Positions 36,796 to 46,427 of a DNA stretch of 64,000 bases are shown here, in pieces. The stretch comes from a virus. Position 1 is the first letter of the stretch. Each line of letters opens with the position of its first letter. The notes beneath the pieces are model-generated. The model saw only the letters and a list, made by a program, of their open reading frames with translations. It did no database searches and was not told where the DNA came from. The stretch covers positions 54,699 to 118,698 of the IMG/VR virus record IMGVR_UViG_3300045988_033017, one strand, 5' to 3'. The position numbers and the translations under genes are program-made.

Positions 36796-37863
36796 ATGAT
36801 TAGTATTGTATTAGGAACATTCTTTGGAGACGAAGGTAAGGGACAGACAGTTCACAACTTATGTAACAAGTACATAGGTAAGCGAGAGTCTGTATTAGTA
36901 GTCAGGTTTAGTGGTGGACATCAAGTAGGACATACTGTAAAGCATGGAGACATGATGCACACCTTTAGTAACTTTGGCAGCGGAACCTTACTTGGAGTGC
37001 CGACGTATTGGTCCGAATACTGTACTGTAGACCCAATTACCTCTATGTTAGAGGGTGCAGACTTAGCTAAAATGGGAGTTCGTCCCATTGTTCAGTATCA
37101 CCCTCACTGCCAAGTTGTAATTCCCTTCGATGTCTATTCCCAAGTTAATAACGAAGAGAACTTACGACATGGTACTGTAGGTACAGGGTTTAAAGCTTGT
37201 TTGGACCGAGTTAAGGCAGGATACAGCTTAACAGTTGTAGATTGTATGAATCCTTACATACTACGTGAGAAATTAAATGCCATAGTGGATAACTATTACA
37301 ACATGTCTAGTAAATATCCCTCGATAGACCTAGACAACTGGTGTAGGTTAGCACATGCTTATTTCTTACATACAGGTGCGGTTAATGAAGATTGCTTGTT
37401 AAACTATGACAACCTAGTGTTTGAAGGTTCACAGGGAATATTGCTTGACCAAAGATTCGGCATAATGCCTTATTGCACTCCGTCTAATACAACTTCACAA
37501 AACGCTTACGAGCTGTTGCGGAAAGCAGGCATACGTAAAGAAATCCAAACTTGTTATGTAACTCGTCCTTATATAACAAGGCATGGTAACGGCCCATTTC
37601 CTTCTGGAATGTCTGTTAGGGATGTCGATGACCCTAATAATAAGTTCAACGATTTCCAGAAGACGCTTAGGGCTATTGATTTCGACAAAGACCTATTCGC
37701 ACACAGTGTACGCATTAACCGTTCATTTAAAGTTCCTTATAGGAATGAACGAACGGAGAAATTGTACGTATCACATTGGGATGAAGCATCTGACGCAGAG
37801 CAAGAAATGCTAGCGAATTTATGGATGTCAATACAACCCATGATATTCGATAAGTTAGTTTAG
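36796..37863 (+). CDS. adenylosuccinate synthetase family protein, short archaeal-type (PurA/PurZ-like)
   Basis: 355 aa; P-loop VLGTFFGDEGKGQTV and FSGGHQVGHTV match PurA GDEGKGK and GGHNAGHT; FEGSQGILLD...PSNTT matches FEGAQGTLLD...SSNTT; about 80 aa shorter than bacterial PurA, as in archaeal PurA and phage PurZ. Confidence 0.7.
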   Translation: MISIVLGTFFGDEGKGQTVHNLCNKYIGKRESVLVVRFSGGHQVGHTVKHGDMMHTFSNFGSGTLLGVPTYWSEYCTVDPITSMLEGADLAKMGVRPIVQYHPHCQVVIPFDVYSQVNNEENLRHGTVGTGFKACLDRVKAGYSLTVVDCMNPYILREKLNAIVDNYYNMSSKYPSIDLDNWCRLAHAYFLHTGAVNEDCLLNYDNLVFEGSQGILLDQRFGIMPYCTPSNTTSQNAYELLRKAGIRKEIQTCYVTRPYITRHGNGPFPSGMSVRDVDDPNNKFNDFQKTLRAIDFDKDLFAHSVRINRSFKVPYRNERTEKLYVSHWDEASDAEQEMLANLWMSIQPMIFDKLV

Positions 37864-37884
37864 GAGTCTTCGGACTCCTTTTAC
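37863..37884 (+). terminator. rho-independent terminator after the PurA-like gene
   Basis: Hairpin GGAGTC-TTCG-GACTCC followed by TTTT. Confidence 0.65.
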
Positions 37885-37956
37885 TGGGCTATGGTGTAGT
37901 GGTAGTCACACAAGGTTTTGGCTCTTGTAGCCCAGGTTCGAATCCTGGTAGCCCAA
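37885..37956 (+). tRNA. tRNA-Gln(TTG)
   Basis: Acceptor TGGGCTA/TAGCCCA, anticodon stem CAAGG/TCTTG, loop TTTTGGC; T-arm CCAGG-TTCGAAT-CCTGG. Confidence 0.65.
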
Positions 37957-38052
37957 CTACTAATTATTTCAGTTTAAAATAGGATTTATCATGAAGTCAC
38001 TAACAACACTACTCTTTGAGAACTGTTAATTGTGAGTAAACATGGGCGTTCG

Positions 38053-38126
38053 GGGCCCGTATCTCAATCGGTTAGAGAAACTGACTCATAATCAGGAGGT
38101 TGTCGGTTCAAGTCCGGCCGGGCCCA
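38053..38126 (+). tRNA. tRNA with CAT anticodon (Met or Ile2)
   Basis: Acceptor GGGCCCG/CGGGCCC, D-arm TCTC-AATCGGTTAG-AGA, anticodon loop CTCATAA; T-arm GTCGG-TTCAAGT-CCGGC. Confidence 0.6.
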
Positions 38127-38138
38127 CACAGTTAATAG

Positions 38139-38411
38139 TTGAATCGAATGAGTAAGGTAGTAGGTAGCATTGACGGCTACGATGTCATTTATGTGGAAGG
38201 CAAGAATATGATATTCTGTAAGAATACTATATTACCCTTTCCACTCATTAAAAGAATTATCAGAGGAGGTCTATGTAGGGAAACAATCGAAGAGAAGAAC
38301 CTGACTATCACTCAAGACGGTTCTATTATTCAACTTGGTTGTTTAACTACAACAAGAGAGAATTGTGAGGCAATCATTAAAGAAGTAAATAAGATTAATA
38401 AACCTAATTAA
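38139..38411 (+). CDS. hypothetical protein
   Basis: ORF track 90 aa. Confidence 0.4.
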   Translation: MNRMSKVVGSIDGYDVIYVEGKNMIFCKNTILPFPLIKRIIRGGLCRETIEEKNLTITQDGSIIQLGCLTTTRENCEAIIKEVNKINKPN

Positions 38412-38414
38412 GTA

Positions 38415-39872
38415 ATGGCAAAGAACATTATTCCGCAAGGAACTACAGCTGCTATTAAGCAGAGAGTTAACAAGTACGAGGAAACTCAGAAACAGAGAAT
38501 GATTGAAGTGCTCCAAAGCAACGTGAAGTATGCTGATGCTCTGGGATTCATCGAAGGTGAAATCAAACAGTCCAAGAAAATGGCAAGTTTCAAATACTCG
38601 CTGCTTTGTTGGAAACCGGACGGTGTATATCAGTTGAACAGAGCAATCAATGAAATCTTCGGTTCTGCCGTTAGTAAGGAGGATAACAGTCCTTCTGGAA
38701 ACAGCAATATTGATACCGTAGACGTTGTTCTGGCAGACGGTTCTCGTACCAAGGTTCCGTTTGGTAAAATCAGCCTTGAAGAATTGGGAGAAGATTCTGA
38801 AATCAACATCAACTATGACAATGACCGTCATTTGCTCCTTATTAAAGGACAATGCCAGTTCAAATACCAGTCATTGATTGATGATATTGTTGACAGAACT
38901 AAAGAGCTGTTAGCATCGGAGTCTATCTACAAGAATCAAGCACTGGAAATCAGCAATCTGTCTGAACCTACTATCATGACACTTGCCGGCATTGAGAAAC
39001 AATTCATGGTTCTTTCTAAGAAGACTGAATTTGAATTGCAACCGCTACGTTCAAGAATCTTGTATCCGGAGAAATGTCTGGCTAAAGGTATTCCATTGAA
39101 GTACGGTTGTTTGCTGGAAGGTAAATATGGTACAGGTAAGACCTTGCTGGCATTTAAGCTGGCTAAAGATGCTGTGACAAACGGCTGGTCATTCGTGTAT
39201 TTGAAGAATCCTTCTCTTCTTGCAGAAACTCTGCGCATGTGTAAAGTTGTTGACCGTTCGGGCCATGGTGTTGTCGTATTTGTTGAAGATATTGACCAAG
39301 TAACTAGAGGTAACAGAGATGCTGCTATGCAAGACATCCTGAATACTCTGGACGGTGGTGATACCAAAGACATGAACGTAATCACCTTGTTCACTACTAA
39401 TCACATTGAATTGATTGAACCTACCTTCTTGAGAGGTAAGAGAATCGGCTCTGTGATTACTATGGACTGCCTGGACGCTGAAACTGCGGAGAAATTCATC
39501 CGTTCTACCTTCACCGCTGAAGAAGGATATACAATCGACGATGATTTGAGTGAAGTATGTAACTACATTCAAGAAGCTGAAATTGCTCCGGCATTTATGG
39601 CTGAAATCGTTGAATCAACCAAATCCAAACTTATCTTTACAGAAGAAACCCATGTAACATCGTTCCATATCAAAGCTAGCGTTGAATCTTATCAACGTCA
39701 ACTTGGACTCGCATCCAAGAAAGCTGTTGTGGAAACTCCGGCTGAAAGATTGGTAAATGCTCTCAAACTCGTTCTGGGTACAGAGAAGCTTGAAGCAATC
39801 ACTCAGATGTGTGAGTATCAGTGGGAACTCGACCGTAAGGACTATTCTACGGAGAAGAAAGACAACAAATAA
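38415..39872 (+). CDS. AAA+ ATPase
   Basis: 485 aa; Walker A LLEGKYGTGKTLLA, Walker B VVVFVEDID, sensor-1 LFTTN, arginine-finger region LRGKRIG. Confidence 0.7.
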   Translation: MAKNIIPQGTTAAIKQRVNKYEETQKQRMIEVLQSNVKYADALGFIEGEIKQSKKMASFKYSLLCWKPDGVYQLNRAINEIFGSAVSKEDNSPSGNSNIDTVDVVLADGSRTKVPFGKISLEELGEDSEININYDNDRHLLLIKGQCQFKYQSLIDDIVDRTKELLASESIYKNQALEISNLSEPTIMTLAGIEKQFMVLSKKTEFELQPLRSRILYPEKCLAKGIPLKYGCLLEGKYGTGKTLLAFKLAKDAVTNGWSFVYLKNPSLLAETLRMCKVVDRSGHGVVVFVEDIDQVTRGNRDAAMQDILNTLDGGDTKDMNVITLFTTNHIELIEPTFLRGKRIGSVITMDCLDAETAEKFIRSTFTAEEGYTIDDDLSEVCNYIQEAEIAPAFMAEIVESTKSKLIFTEETHVTSFHIKASVESYQRQLGLASKKAVVETPAERLVNALKLVLGTEKLEAITQMCEYQWELDRKDYSTEKKDNK

Positions 39873-39877
39873 ACCTT

Positions 39878-39910
39878 GGAGGGCGAGAGCAATCTCGCTC
39901 TCCTTTTATT
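39878..39910 (+). terminator. rho-independent terminator after the AAA+ gene
   Basis: 10-bp stem GGAGGGCGAG/CTCGCTCTCC followed by TTTTATT. Confidence 0.6.
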
Positions 39911-39919
39911 AACAACTAA

Positions 39920-40138
39920 ATGAAACATTTATTGATATTCCTATTAGTCTTATTAATGTCTGCAACTAAGGTGGATAACACACCTAGAGACTTTCATGTA
40001 AGTATAGTAGGAGAAGAGAAAGTAGAACAATTTGAATCCAAATTCCCTCAAATAGTTAAGGACGAAGCCGTGTATATTGCATATCTTCAGCGATACTATA
40101 GAGGACATGAAGATGAATTTATCAATTTGATGAAGTAA
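39920..40138 (+). CDS. hypothetical secreted protein
   Basis: ORF track 72 aa; N-terminal signal-like helix. Confidence 0.4.
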   Translation: MKHLLIFLLVLLMSATKVDNTPRDFHVSIVGEEKVEQFESKFPQIVKDEAVYIAYLQRYYRGHEDEFINLMK

Positions 40139-40141
40139 CAA

Positions 40142-40223
40142 TGGGGTAGTGGCGTAACGGTAGCCGCGTTGGTCTTAGGAACCAATGAGCTAAGCTCGTG
40201 TGAGTTCGAGTCTCACCTACCCT
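40142..40223 (+). tRNA. tRNA-Leu(TAG), type II
   Basis: Acceptor GGGGTAG/CTACCCT, anticodon stem TTGGT/ACCAA, loop CTTAGGA; long variable arm; T-arm GTGAG-TTCGAGT-CTCAC. Confidence 0.7.
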
Positions 40224-40403
40224 ACTAGATTATTAACTATTAAATGTATTTAATTATGGTAGAAACTTTAAGTGAGCTGCTTGAAAATGCAGCTAACGTA
40301 GCAGAGGACAACGGTGGTAAGCTTTCTATAGCAAGTGCGGCAGTATTAATTGCTGAAGCTTACGAGTTAGGAATGGATAAGGCAACTAAATTATTGACAG
40401 AAG

Positions 40404-40862
40404 ATGCCGACAATTGTTGATATGAGACCACCAGCTAACACTTTCAGACATGCAACTTTGATAGTAATATGGCTGGTGGTGTGCTTAGTAGGACTAGGAG
40501 GATGTAAATCTAACTTAGTTAAAGAAACCTGTATTGACAAACCTGTGTGGACTACAGTAGTTGCTAAGGACTGTTATACCGAAACAGTTAATCAACAGAC
40601 GCATACTGTATATGAGCTTACACTAATAGCTGACGGTAGAGACAATCAGTTTAAACTACGTGTAGACAAACCAACCTATGATAGAGCTTTTATTAATAAC
40701 AAGCCTAATAGGCTTAGCTTTAATCTTAATAGAAGTGATTATGGGACTGGTTGGGAACCACTAATTGTTGCATTATACTTCATTATGCTCGTTGGCGGGC
40801 TAGCATGTGTGATAATTGAAGGTATAAAATACATGATTGATATTAAAGAACATTTATCATAG
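40404..40862 (+). CDS. lipoprotein with C-terminal TM helix (u-spanin-like topology)
   Basis: 152 aa; signal peptide with lipobox LGGC; C-terminal hydrophobic helix LIVALYFIMLVGGLACVII. Confidence 0.4.
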   Translation: MPTIVDMRPPANTFRHATLIVIWLVVCLVGLGGCKSNLVKETCIDKPVWTTVVAKDCYTETVNQQTHTVYELTLIADGRDNQFKLRVDKPTYDRAFINNKPNRLSFNLNRSDYGTGWEPLIVALYFIMLVGGLACVIIEGIKYMIDIKEHLS

Positions 40863-41688
40863 TATGGAGAAATTGAGTGCAGATGCGTTACGTTTAGCCT
40901 TAGTAACAGCATCTATGGAGTACTATAAGAAGTACGTAGAAGGCAATCAAGACTTTGACAATTCCGAGCAAATCAAAGAGGAGCTTGATAAGTTGGAAGC
41001 AGCAGGTTTAGGTAGAACTAAGAATGCAGATACCCTTAGGACTATTCTCGAGTCTAAGAAGTATAAGTCAGCTTTAGGTCCAGAGAAATTAGACCTGAAG
41101 AAGGTTAACGAAATAACATCCTGGATTAAAGAATCGTATCCTGATGCACTGGTTGTAACTTACGAGGATTTCTTTGCAATCCTGAAGAAGTACAATTTGT
41201 ATTGTGGTCCAATATCGACCTTCAGCGGATTCATTCCAAGTGAGAATGTGTCACAAATAGCAAAGGCTTCTAACGCTTTGAACTCTTTAAATCTTAACTA
41301 CGTCAGTTGGGTTGAAGCTGCGAGAATAGATTCAAGAATGTCTAAGGACATGACCAAACGGCTTGTTGAGTATTTCTCTAGATTCCCATTTGTATTCAAA
41401 GGTATTGACCGTGGTTATCAGTACATGAGGTCTATAGGTGGAAGTTATAAGGAGGAAGATTACCTACATCTTGGCACCTCATATCTAGACCATAGTGCTT
41501 GGTTAATTGCCGCGCCTTATGATACTATGGAGAATAATATTCGCATAGAAATCTTCTCTAAAGCTGAAGAAGACCGTAAAAGAAGGTTAGAAGACCCAAT
41601 AGTATTTAGGGCTACCAAAGTAGGTATTGTTATCGTGTCTATGTGGGGAGAAGAAGCATCAGACAGCATGTTCGATAAATACCGATAA
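40837..41688 (+). CDS. paralog family member A (conserved C-terminal LIAAP...IVSMWGEEASD motif), unknown function
   Basis: 283 aa; shares AGLGRTKNA, KKYNLYCG, SGFIPSEN and C-terminal blocks with the proteins at 46428 and 49311. Confidence 0.55.
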   Translation: MILKNIYHSMEKLSADALRLALVTASMEYYKKYVEGNQDFDNSEQIKEELDKLEAAGLGRTKNADTLRTILESKKYKSALGPEKLDLKKVNEITSWIKESYPDALVVTYEDFFAILKKYNLYCGPISTFSGFIPSENVSQIAKASNALNSLNLNYVSWVEAARIDSRMSKDMTKRLVEYFSRFPFVFKGIDRGYQYMRSIGGSYKEEDYLHLGTSYLDHSAWLIAAPYDTMENNIRIEIFSKAEEDRKRRLEDPIVFRATKVGIVIVSMWGEEASDSMFDKYR

Positions 41689-41832
41689 ACATGTAATCCA
41701 CCACTTAAATGTGAGCAGGTGTAGAAATGACTATAGGGCTATTTCGGTTTAGCAGACGTGCTATTCCATAGATTAGCTGACGTCAATAATTGGTAAGGCA
41801 GCTCGCAGCCCTGCCAGGCGGATTATTCATAT

Positions 41833-41938
41833 ATAAGAACATAAGGAGACAAAGCCAGACTAGCCGGCAGTGAAGCAAACGGGAGGTATTAAGGTTGCAT
41901 TGGTAACGATGTAGACACGATGAGCTTTATGTTCTTAT
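41833..41938 (+). repeat. perfect 12-bp inverted repeat (ATAAGAACATAA/TTATGTTCTTAT) enclosing 82 nt, 5' of tRNA-Met
   Basis: Arms at 41833-41844 and 41927-41938; ends 4 nt before the tRNA. Confidence 0.55.
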
Positions 41939-41942
41939 TAAT

Positions 41943-42016
41943 GGCGAGATAGCTCAACTGGTTAGAGCGTAATACTCATAATATTAAGGTTGGGTGTTCG
42001 AGTCACCTTCTCGCCA
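41943..42016 (+). tRNA. tRNA-Met(CAT)
   Basis: Acceptor GGCGAGA/TCTCGCC, D-arm AGCTCAACTGGTTAGAGC, anticodon stem TAATA/TATTA, loop CTCATAA; T-arm GGGTG-TTCGAGT-CACCT. Confidence 0.7.
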
Positions 42017-42041
42017 CATTACTAATTAATACTTAAAGATT

Positions 42042-42437
42042 ATGTTTGTAAAATTTGTAAAAGACGATAAAGTAATACAAGAGGTATCAATCTCGCCAGA
42101 GATGATTCCATTCCCTACAGACACAGTAGCGTTAGAAGTTGGTAAGTTTACTGTAGAGTCTAGAGAGTATGATATACTTGACGGAACTTGTTCAGTTATT
42201 TTAGACAAGCAAATCATCTGGACAGAAGCTTCTGGAGAGTATGATGATGCAATGCTTGCATATAAGAAGCACTATGATAACACAATCGATTTGTTAGTTG
42301 AGGATTTCTTTAAAATGAAGGAACTTTTACAAGACGATTCTAAATTACAAGCAGTTAAACATGTAAAGGATTCTGCTAAATGTAGTTTGAGGGAAGCTAA
42401 AGATTTTGTGGACACTTATTGTGATTATATTCTATGA
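42042..42437 (+). CDS. hypothetical protein
   Basis: ORF track 131 aa. Confidence 0.5.
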   Translation: MFVKFVKDDKVIQEVSISPEMIPFPTDTVALEVGKFTVESREYDILDGTCSVILDKQIIWTEASGEYDDAMLAYKKHYDNTIDLLVEDFFKMKELLQDDSKLQAVKHVKDSAKCSLREAKDFVDTYCDYIL

Positions 42438-42671
42438 GATGGTTATATCATATCCTAATTAATTGGATAGACTTAGTAAGAGATTGATATGGAAACAGCA
42501 TTAATGATTACTGTAGTCATTGCATTTGTGGCTGCATTAATAGCTATGTTACTAACTATATGGGATTGTGACTTTAAATGGGTTAAGATATTCTTAAGTA
42601 TAGCTGCTATAAGTACTATAGGAATGATAATTGTAGTTACAATCAAGGTCATGATGTCAGTATAAGGGTAT

Positions 42672-42757
42672 GGCTTGATGGCGAAATTGGTAGACGCCCC
42701 AGATTTAAGCTCTGGTGTCCAGAAATGGACGTGTGGGTTCGAATCCCACTCAAGCTA
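42672..42757 (+). tRNA. tRNA-Leu(TAA), type II
   Basis: Acceptor GGCTTGA/TCAAGCT, anticodon stem CCAGA/TCTGG, loop TTTAAGC; long variable arm; T-arm GTGGG-TTCGAAT-CCCAC. Confidence 0.75.
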
Positions 42758-42960
42758 CTAATAATTAAAGGAAGGAGGATTTATGAAAGAACTATTAGAA
42801 GAATTAAAGAAACAGTATGAGGGCAATAGCGTCATGGAAGCTGTTGCTGTATCTATAGAGAAGGCATATAAAATCGGGTATTCTGAAGGTTTTGCTGCTG
42901 GTGAAGAAGCAATGAAGAATCTAATTGACAAGTTAACATCACCTACAATATCTAATTAAT

Positions 42961-43452
42961 ATGACTATAGAAGAGTTCCTGCGCAAAATAGTTGAGATTG
43001 ATTTAACTCAAGCTCAACACGTGTTCCATGATTGGGATGCTGCTCTGGAGAATTATGCTATTAGGTACAAGAAACACGGTTCACCCAATGTAGTTAGGTT
43101 ATTAAAGATTGCCAACTCATTGGGTGAACTTGTTGATTTATATAGGGGAGTAGTGCTAAGAAGATATCCAATGACTATAGCTTCGTTGAATAGTAAAACT
43201 GTCAGATATAATGAGTTGATATCTTACTATAACTACAAGAATGGGCAAGAGTTAACCTTGTTTGAAAGGGTAAGTAATGGCTCTACCATGGAAGAGAGAT
43301 TAAACTTTGTATATTTAATGTCTAAAGCCGATGCATTACAAGGAGAGACTATTGACCGAAGGAAAATCCTTCAGAACCTCAGAGAAGGGAAACTCTATGA
43401 CTCCTCTAATCAAATCTGGCCAAGAGCATGTCTTGAGTCCTATAAATCTTAG
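42961..43452 (+). CDS. hypothetical protein
   Basis: ORF track 163 aa. Confidence 0.5.
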   Translation: MTIEEFLRKIVEIDLTQAQHVFHDWDAALENYAIRYKKHGSPNVVRLLKIANSLGELVDLYRGVVLRRYPMTIASLNSKTVRYNELISYYNYKNGQELTLFERVSNGSTMEERLNFVYLMSKADALQGETIDRRKILQNLREGKLYDSSNQIWPRACLESYKS

Positions 43453-43615
43453 CGATGTAGAGGTAGGTGATATAGTATTCTGCAAAGTTAAAGGTAGATA
43501 CTATACTCACTTAGTCAAAGCTAAGGGAGACAGAGGAGTTCTTATAGGCAACAATCATGGTAAGATTAATGGGTGGACCAAATCCGTATTTGGTAAAGTA
43601 ACTAAAATACTATAA
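43397..43615 (+). CDS. hypothetical small beta-rich protein (start moved to internal ATG)
   Basis: ORF track 43331..43615; the ATG at 43397 reduces overlap with the upstream gene to 56 nt. Confidence 0.4.
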   Translation: MTPLIKSGQEHVLSPINLSDVEVGDIVFCKVKGRYYTHLVKAKGDRGVLIGNNHGKINGWTKSVFGKVTKIL

Positions 43616-43616
43616 C

Positions 43617-44810
43617 ATGAGTGAACGAAGACTTAAACTTGGTCATAGGAAAGAGTATAAACGTAAAAGCAAGCATACTCGTAATCCAAGCTACTATCCT
43701 AGACACCTTACTAAAGTGACGCTAGCTGATTTTGATGCTGATTTCAATTTGAGAGTATCTAAAGAAGTGGCAGCGCAGAGAGGATATGGTAGAAAGGTAT
43801 TAGACAAAAGTTGTCATATAGCTTGGGACCACGGCTATGGATACGTTAAAGAATCTAGGATTGTGAAATTCATAGCCAAGTATGTAGGTAAGCCTTATAA
43901 AGAGCTAGCCAAAGCCTGGAATGAGTGGATTAAGCCAATTAAGAATACTGACAAAACTGAATACCTAGACGACTACTTCACTGATTATAGGTGGAGACAG
44001 GCGTTCTTTAGAGTTGATGATAATGGATTAGTACAATCTGTTGAGCAGACTCCTAGAGGTCGTCGATACAACATTAGTACTAAGCAATGGAAGGAGAACA
44101 GGAATCATGCTTTGCCCAAGTTTGGTAAGATTGCTAAACCTCATAAAGCAGCAGACTATTATGATTACTGTTATGGATTTGCCAATTCTAATCCTGACTC
44201 CAATGGAACAGACTCTGACTTTTATAGACCGAGGTTGCTAGGTCATTATTGGTGTATGGTTAATGGTACTCCAGTTGAGTTGCCAGTATATCATGTGCGT
44301 GATGCTCGTGACTATATAAGGTGGTGGTTAGACGGCAAGCAAGGCAGACTTCCTGGGACTAGAGAAGTAGTTAAAGTCGATACGTACCAGCAACTCTTTA
44401 GACCTGGAACTCATGCTTATGAACAAGCTGTTAAGTTTGATAACAACTGGGTTTATCTTCCGATTCCATGTAGCAAAGGAGGTTATATAGGTGAAACATC
44501 TAAGCATTTTATGCATTTAGAGACGGAGCAGATTCCTAATCCTAGATATGCAGAAATTCAAAGTAGCTTAGATGCTCTTACTAAGAGTGTAGAAGATATA
44601 GAAGCAGGCATAACTGTTACATTTAGTGACGGAGTAACTCCTGTAACTATGGAGTATCTTACTAACGAAATTAACAATGCTCACTATCGTCTGTCTATAA
44701 CATCTAGGTATATAACAGTTAATCACGGCTATGGACAACTATATCCATTAGTAAAACGAATTGATTATGAAAGAACTATTCAAGAAATGGCTAGAGAAAC
44801 TGGCATGTAG
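43617..44810 (+). CDS. hypothetical protein with basic N-terminus
   Basis: ORF track 397 aa. Confidence 0.55.
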   Translation: MSERRLKLGHRKEYKRKSKHTRNPSYYPRHLTKVTLADFDADFNLRVSKEVAAQRGYGRKVLDKSCHIAWDHGYGYVKESRIVKFIAKYVGKPYKELAKAWNEWIKPIKNTDKTEYLDDYFTDYRWRQAFFRVDDNGLVQSVEQTPRGRRYNISTKQWKENRNHALPKFGKIAKPHKAADYYDYCYGFANSNPDSNGTDSDFYRPRLLGHYWCMVNGTPVELPVYHVRDARDYIRWWLDGKQGRLPGTREVVKVDTYQQLFRPGTHAYEQAVKFDNNWVYLPIPCSKGGYIGETSKHFMHLETEQIPNPRYAEIQSSLDALTKSVEDIEAGITVTFSDGVTPVTMEYLTNEINNAHYRLSITSRYITVNHGYGQLYPLVKRIDYERTIQEMARETGM

Positions 44811-45077
44811 GCATGAATGGACTATAATAGCAAAAACTAGCTATACTGATTGTAACAGATACTTACTAGTATGTTCCAAGTGTGGTAAGCTTAAAAGGAA
44901 ACGAGTATAGACCAGGCTGGAACCTGGGTTAAATAAAGTCCAGCGATGACAACTAAAGCAGAGTTGAGCGTATGTAATAAGACGTGCAGTTTAGCGCTGA
45001 CTGTGGGGTGGTTGCAGAACACCTCTTTAGGAATGACTATTAGTGTTTGACTATTAGTATTCTAACCACTGCTCCAT

Positions 45078-45160
45078 GCGGTTGTAGTGTAAAGGAGGGC
45101 ACATCACTAATTTTAGTATGCGCACAAGTGATAGATTGGGTTCGATTCCCGACAGCCGCT
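45078..45160 (+). tRNA. tRNA-like gene (83 nt) with enlarged anticodon region; identity undetermined
   Basis: Acceptor GCGGTTG/CAGCCGC, D-arm GTGT-AAAGGAGG-GCAC, T-arm TTGGG-TTCGATT-CCCGA; TCACT/AGTGA stem encloses 18 nt containing palindromic TGCGCA. Confidence 0.35.
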
Positions 45161-45192
45161 CACCCTGAACCCTGTAATTCTAATCCTATAAG

Positions 45193-45444
45193 ATGTTTGG
45201 AAAGAAACAATCAGCCAAACCGGCTAAAGTAACAAGTACCTCACTAGCCGAAGAATCAGCTAAGACTATTGATGTATTTGAGAAAGCTGTTACCAATCTT
45301 AAAGAGGTAGCATCTAAAGCTCAAGCAGAGAAAGAGGTTAGAGAACAAGAGATTATCGAATTACAAACTGAAGCTGCAAACCTTGAAGCAGTTTCTAACA
45401 AAGCAACAGCCATGGCCGAGAAGATTGGTGGGTTGCTATCATAA
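45193..45444 (+). CDS. hypothetical coiled-coil protein
   Basis: ORF track 83 aa. Confidence 0.45.
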   Translation: MFGKKQSAKPAKVTSTSLAEESAKTIDVFEKAVTNLKEVASKAQAEKEVREQEIIELQTEAANLEAVSNKATAMAEKIGGLLS

Positions 45445-45913
45445 CATTATGGACAAAATCAGAGACGTATCAGAAATTGATTTCAAAGTAGAAGAAGTAA
45501 TGAAAGCTAAATCTTTCAATGACTTCGTGAACAGAAATGTAGAGAAAGCTTTCTATTTGGGCTTCTTTAGAAATGAATTGCAACAACCTCTATCTGTTGC
45601 TATGCAAATTAGAGGTGATGAAGGCATAGCCTTAGTAAAGAGTTTTGACGAAGCAATGCAGAAGGCTAGACCTTATGTAGAAGAAATGTCTGCTATAGCT
45701 GACGATGCTATGGCTAAAGAGGAGTTCACAATGTTAGATGTAGTTAATGAAGTCTCTGACAAGGTTAACTACAAACAGGAGGAAGACAAATTCTATGTCA
45801 TCTTTATCTTAGGTATGTGGGTTAAGCATCTTATTGATGAGGATGTCATATCCGAAACCGAAGAAGATGAGGATGATGAGGATTTTGTTGAGAATCCTAA
45901 TGCCGACGCATAA
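45383..45913 (+). CDS. hypothetical acidic protein
   Basis: ORF track 176 aa; acidic C-terminal tail. Confidence 0.45.
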   Translation: MKQFLTKQQPWPRRLVGCYHNIMDKIRDVSEIDFKVEEVMKAKSFNDFVNRNVEKAFYLGFFRNELQQPLSVAMQIRGDEGIALVKSFDEAMQKARPYVEEMSAIADDAMAKEEFTMLDVVNEVSDKVNYKQEEDKFYVIFILGMWVKHLIDEDVISETEEDEDDEDFVENPNADA

Positions 45914-46307
45914 GTACAGAATATACTGTGATGGTGCCTATTCTCCTGCGAGAAATCAAGGGGGAATAGGCTTTGTCATTTTAGAGGATGACAAGAAGAT
46001 ATTCCAATACAGTAAGATGTATAAGAACAGCACCAATCAGCGAATGGAACAAATGGCTGCCATAGTTGCCCTGGAATCCATAAAGGAACCTTCTGAAATT
46101 ACAATAGTAACAGATTCTATGTATATTGTAGGAACTCTTACTAAAGGGTGGAAGAGGAAAGCCAATACTGATTTGTGGGAACGTCTTGATAAGGCTGTGA
46201 ACAGGCATAAAGTAGTGTCTGTTGAGTGGTGTAAAGGTCACGCAAGTGATGAACATAATAAGGAAGCCGACAAGCTTGCTTATAATGCTAGTAACGAAAT
46301 AGGATAA
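45900..46307 (+). CDS. rnhA: ribonuclease HI
   Basis: IYCDGAY..RMEQMAAIVALE..IVTDSMYI..WCKGHASDEHNKEAD aligns with E. coli RnhA FTDGSC..RMELMAAIVALE..STDSQYV..WVKGHAGHPENERCD; start set at the ATG at 45900, overlapping the upstream stop. Confidence 0.8.
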   Translation: MPTHKYRIYCDGAYSPARNQGGIGFVILEDDKKIFQYSKMYKNSTNQRMEQMAAIVALESIKEPSEITIVTDSMYIVGTLTKGWKRKANTDLWERLDKAVNRHKVVSVEWCKGHASDEHNKEADKLAYNASNEIG

Positions 46308-46427
46308 ACCTATGAAATACAAGAAGAAAGTACAACGTCTTAAAGACCGACAGGCTTGGTGGGATAAGCAATCTGATTCATTTAAGAGAGCTACTACCAG
46401 ACCAGGTTCAGTTAAACAAAAGTAATT

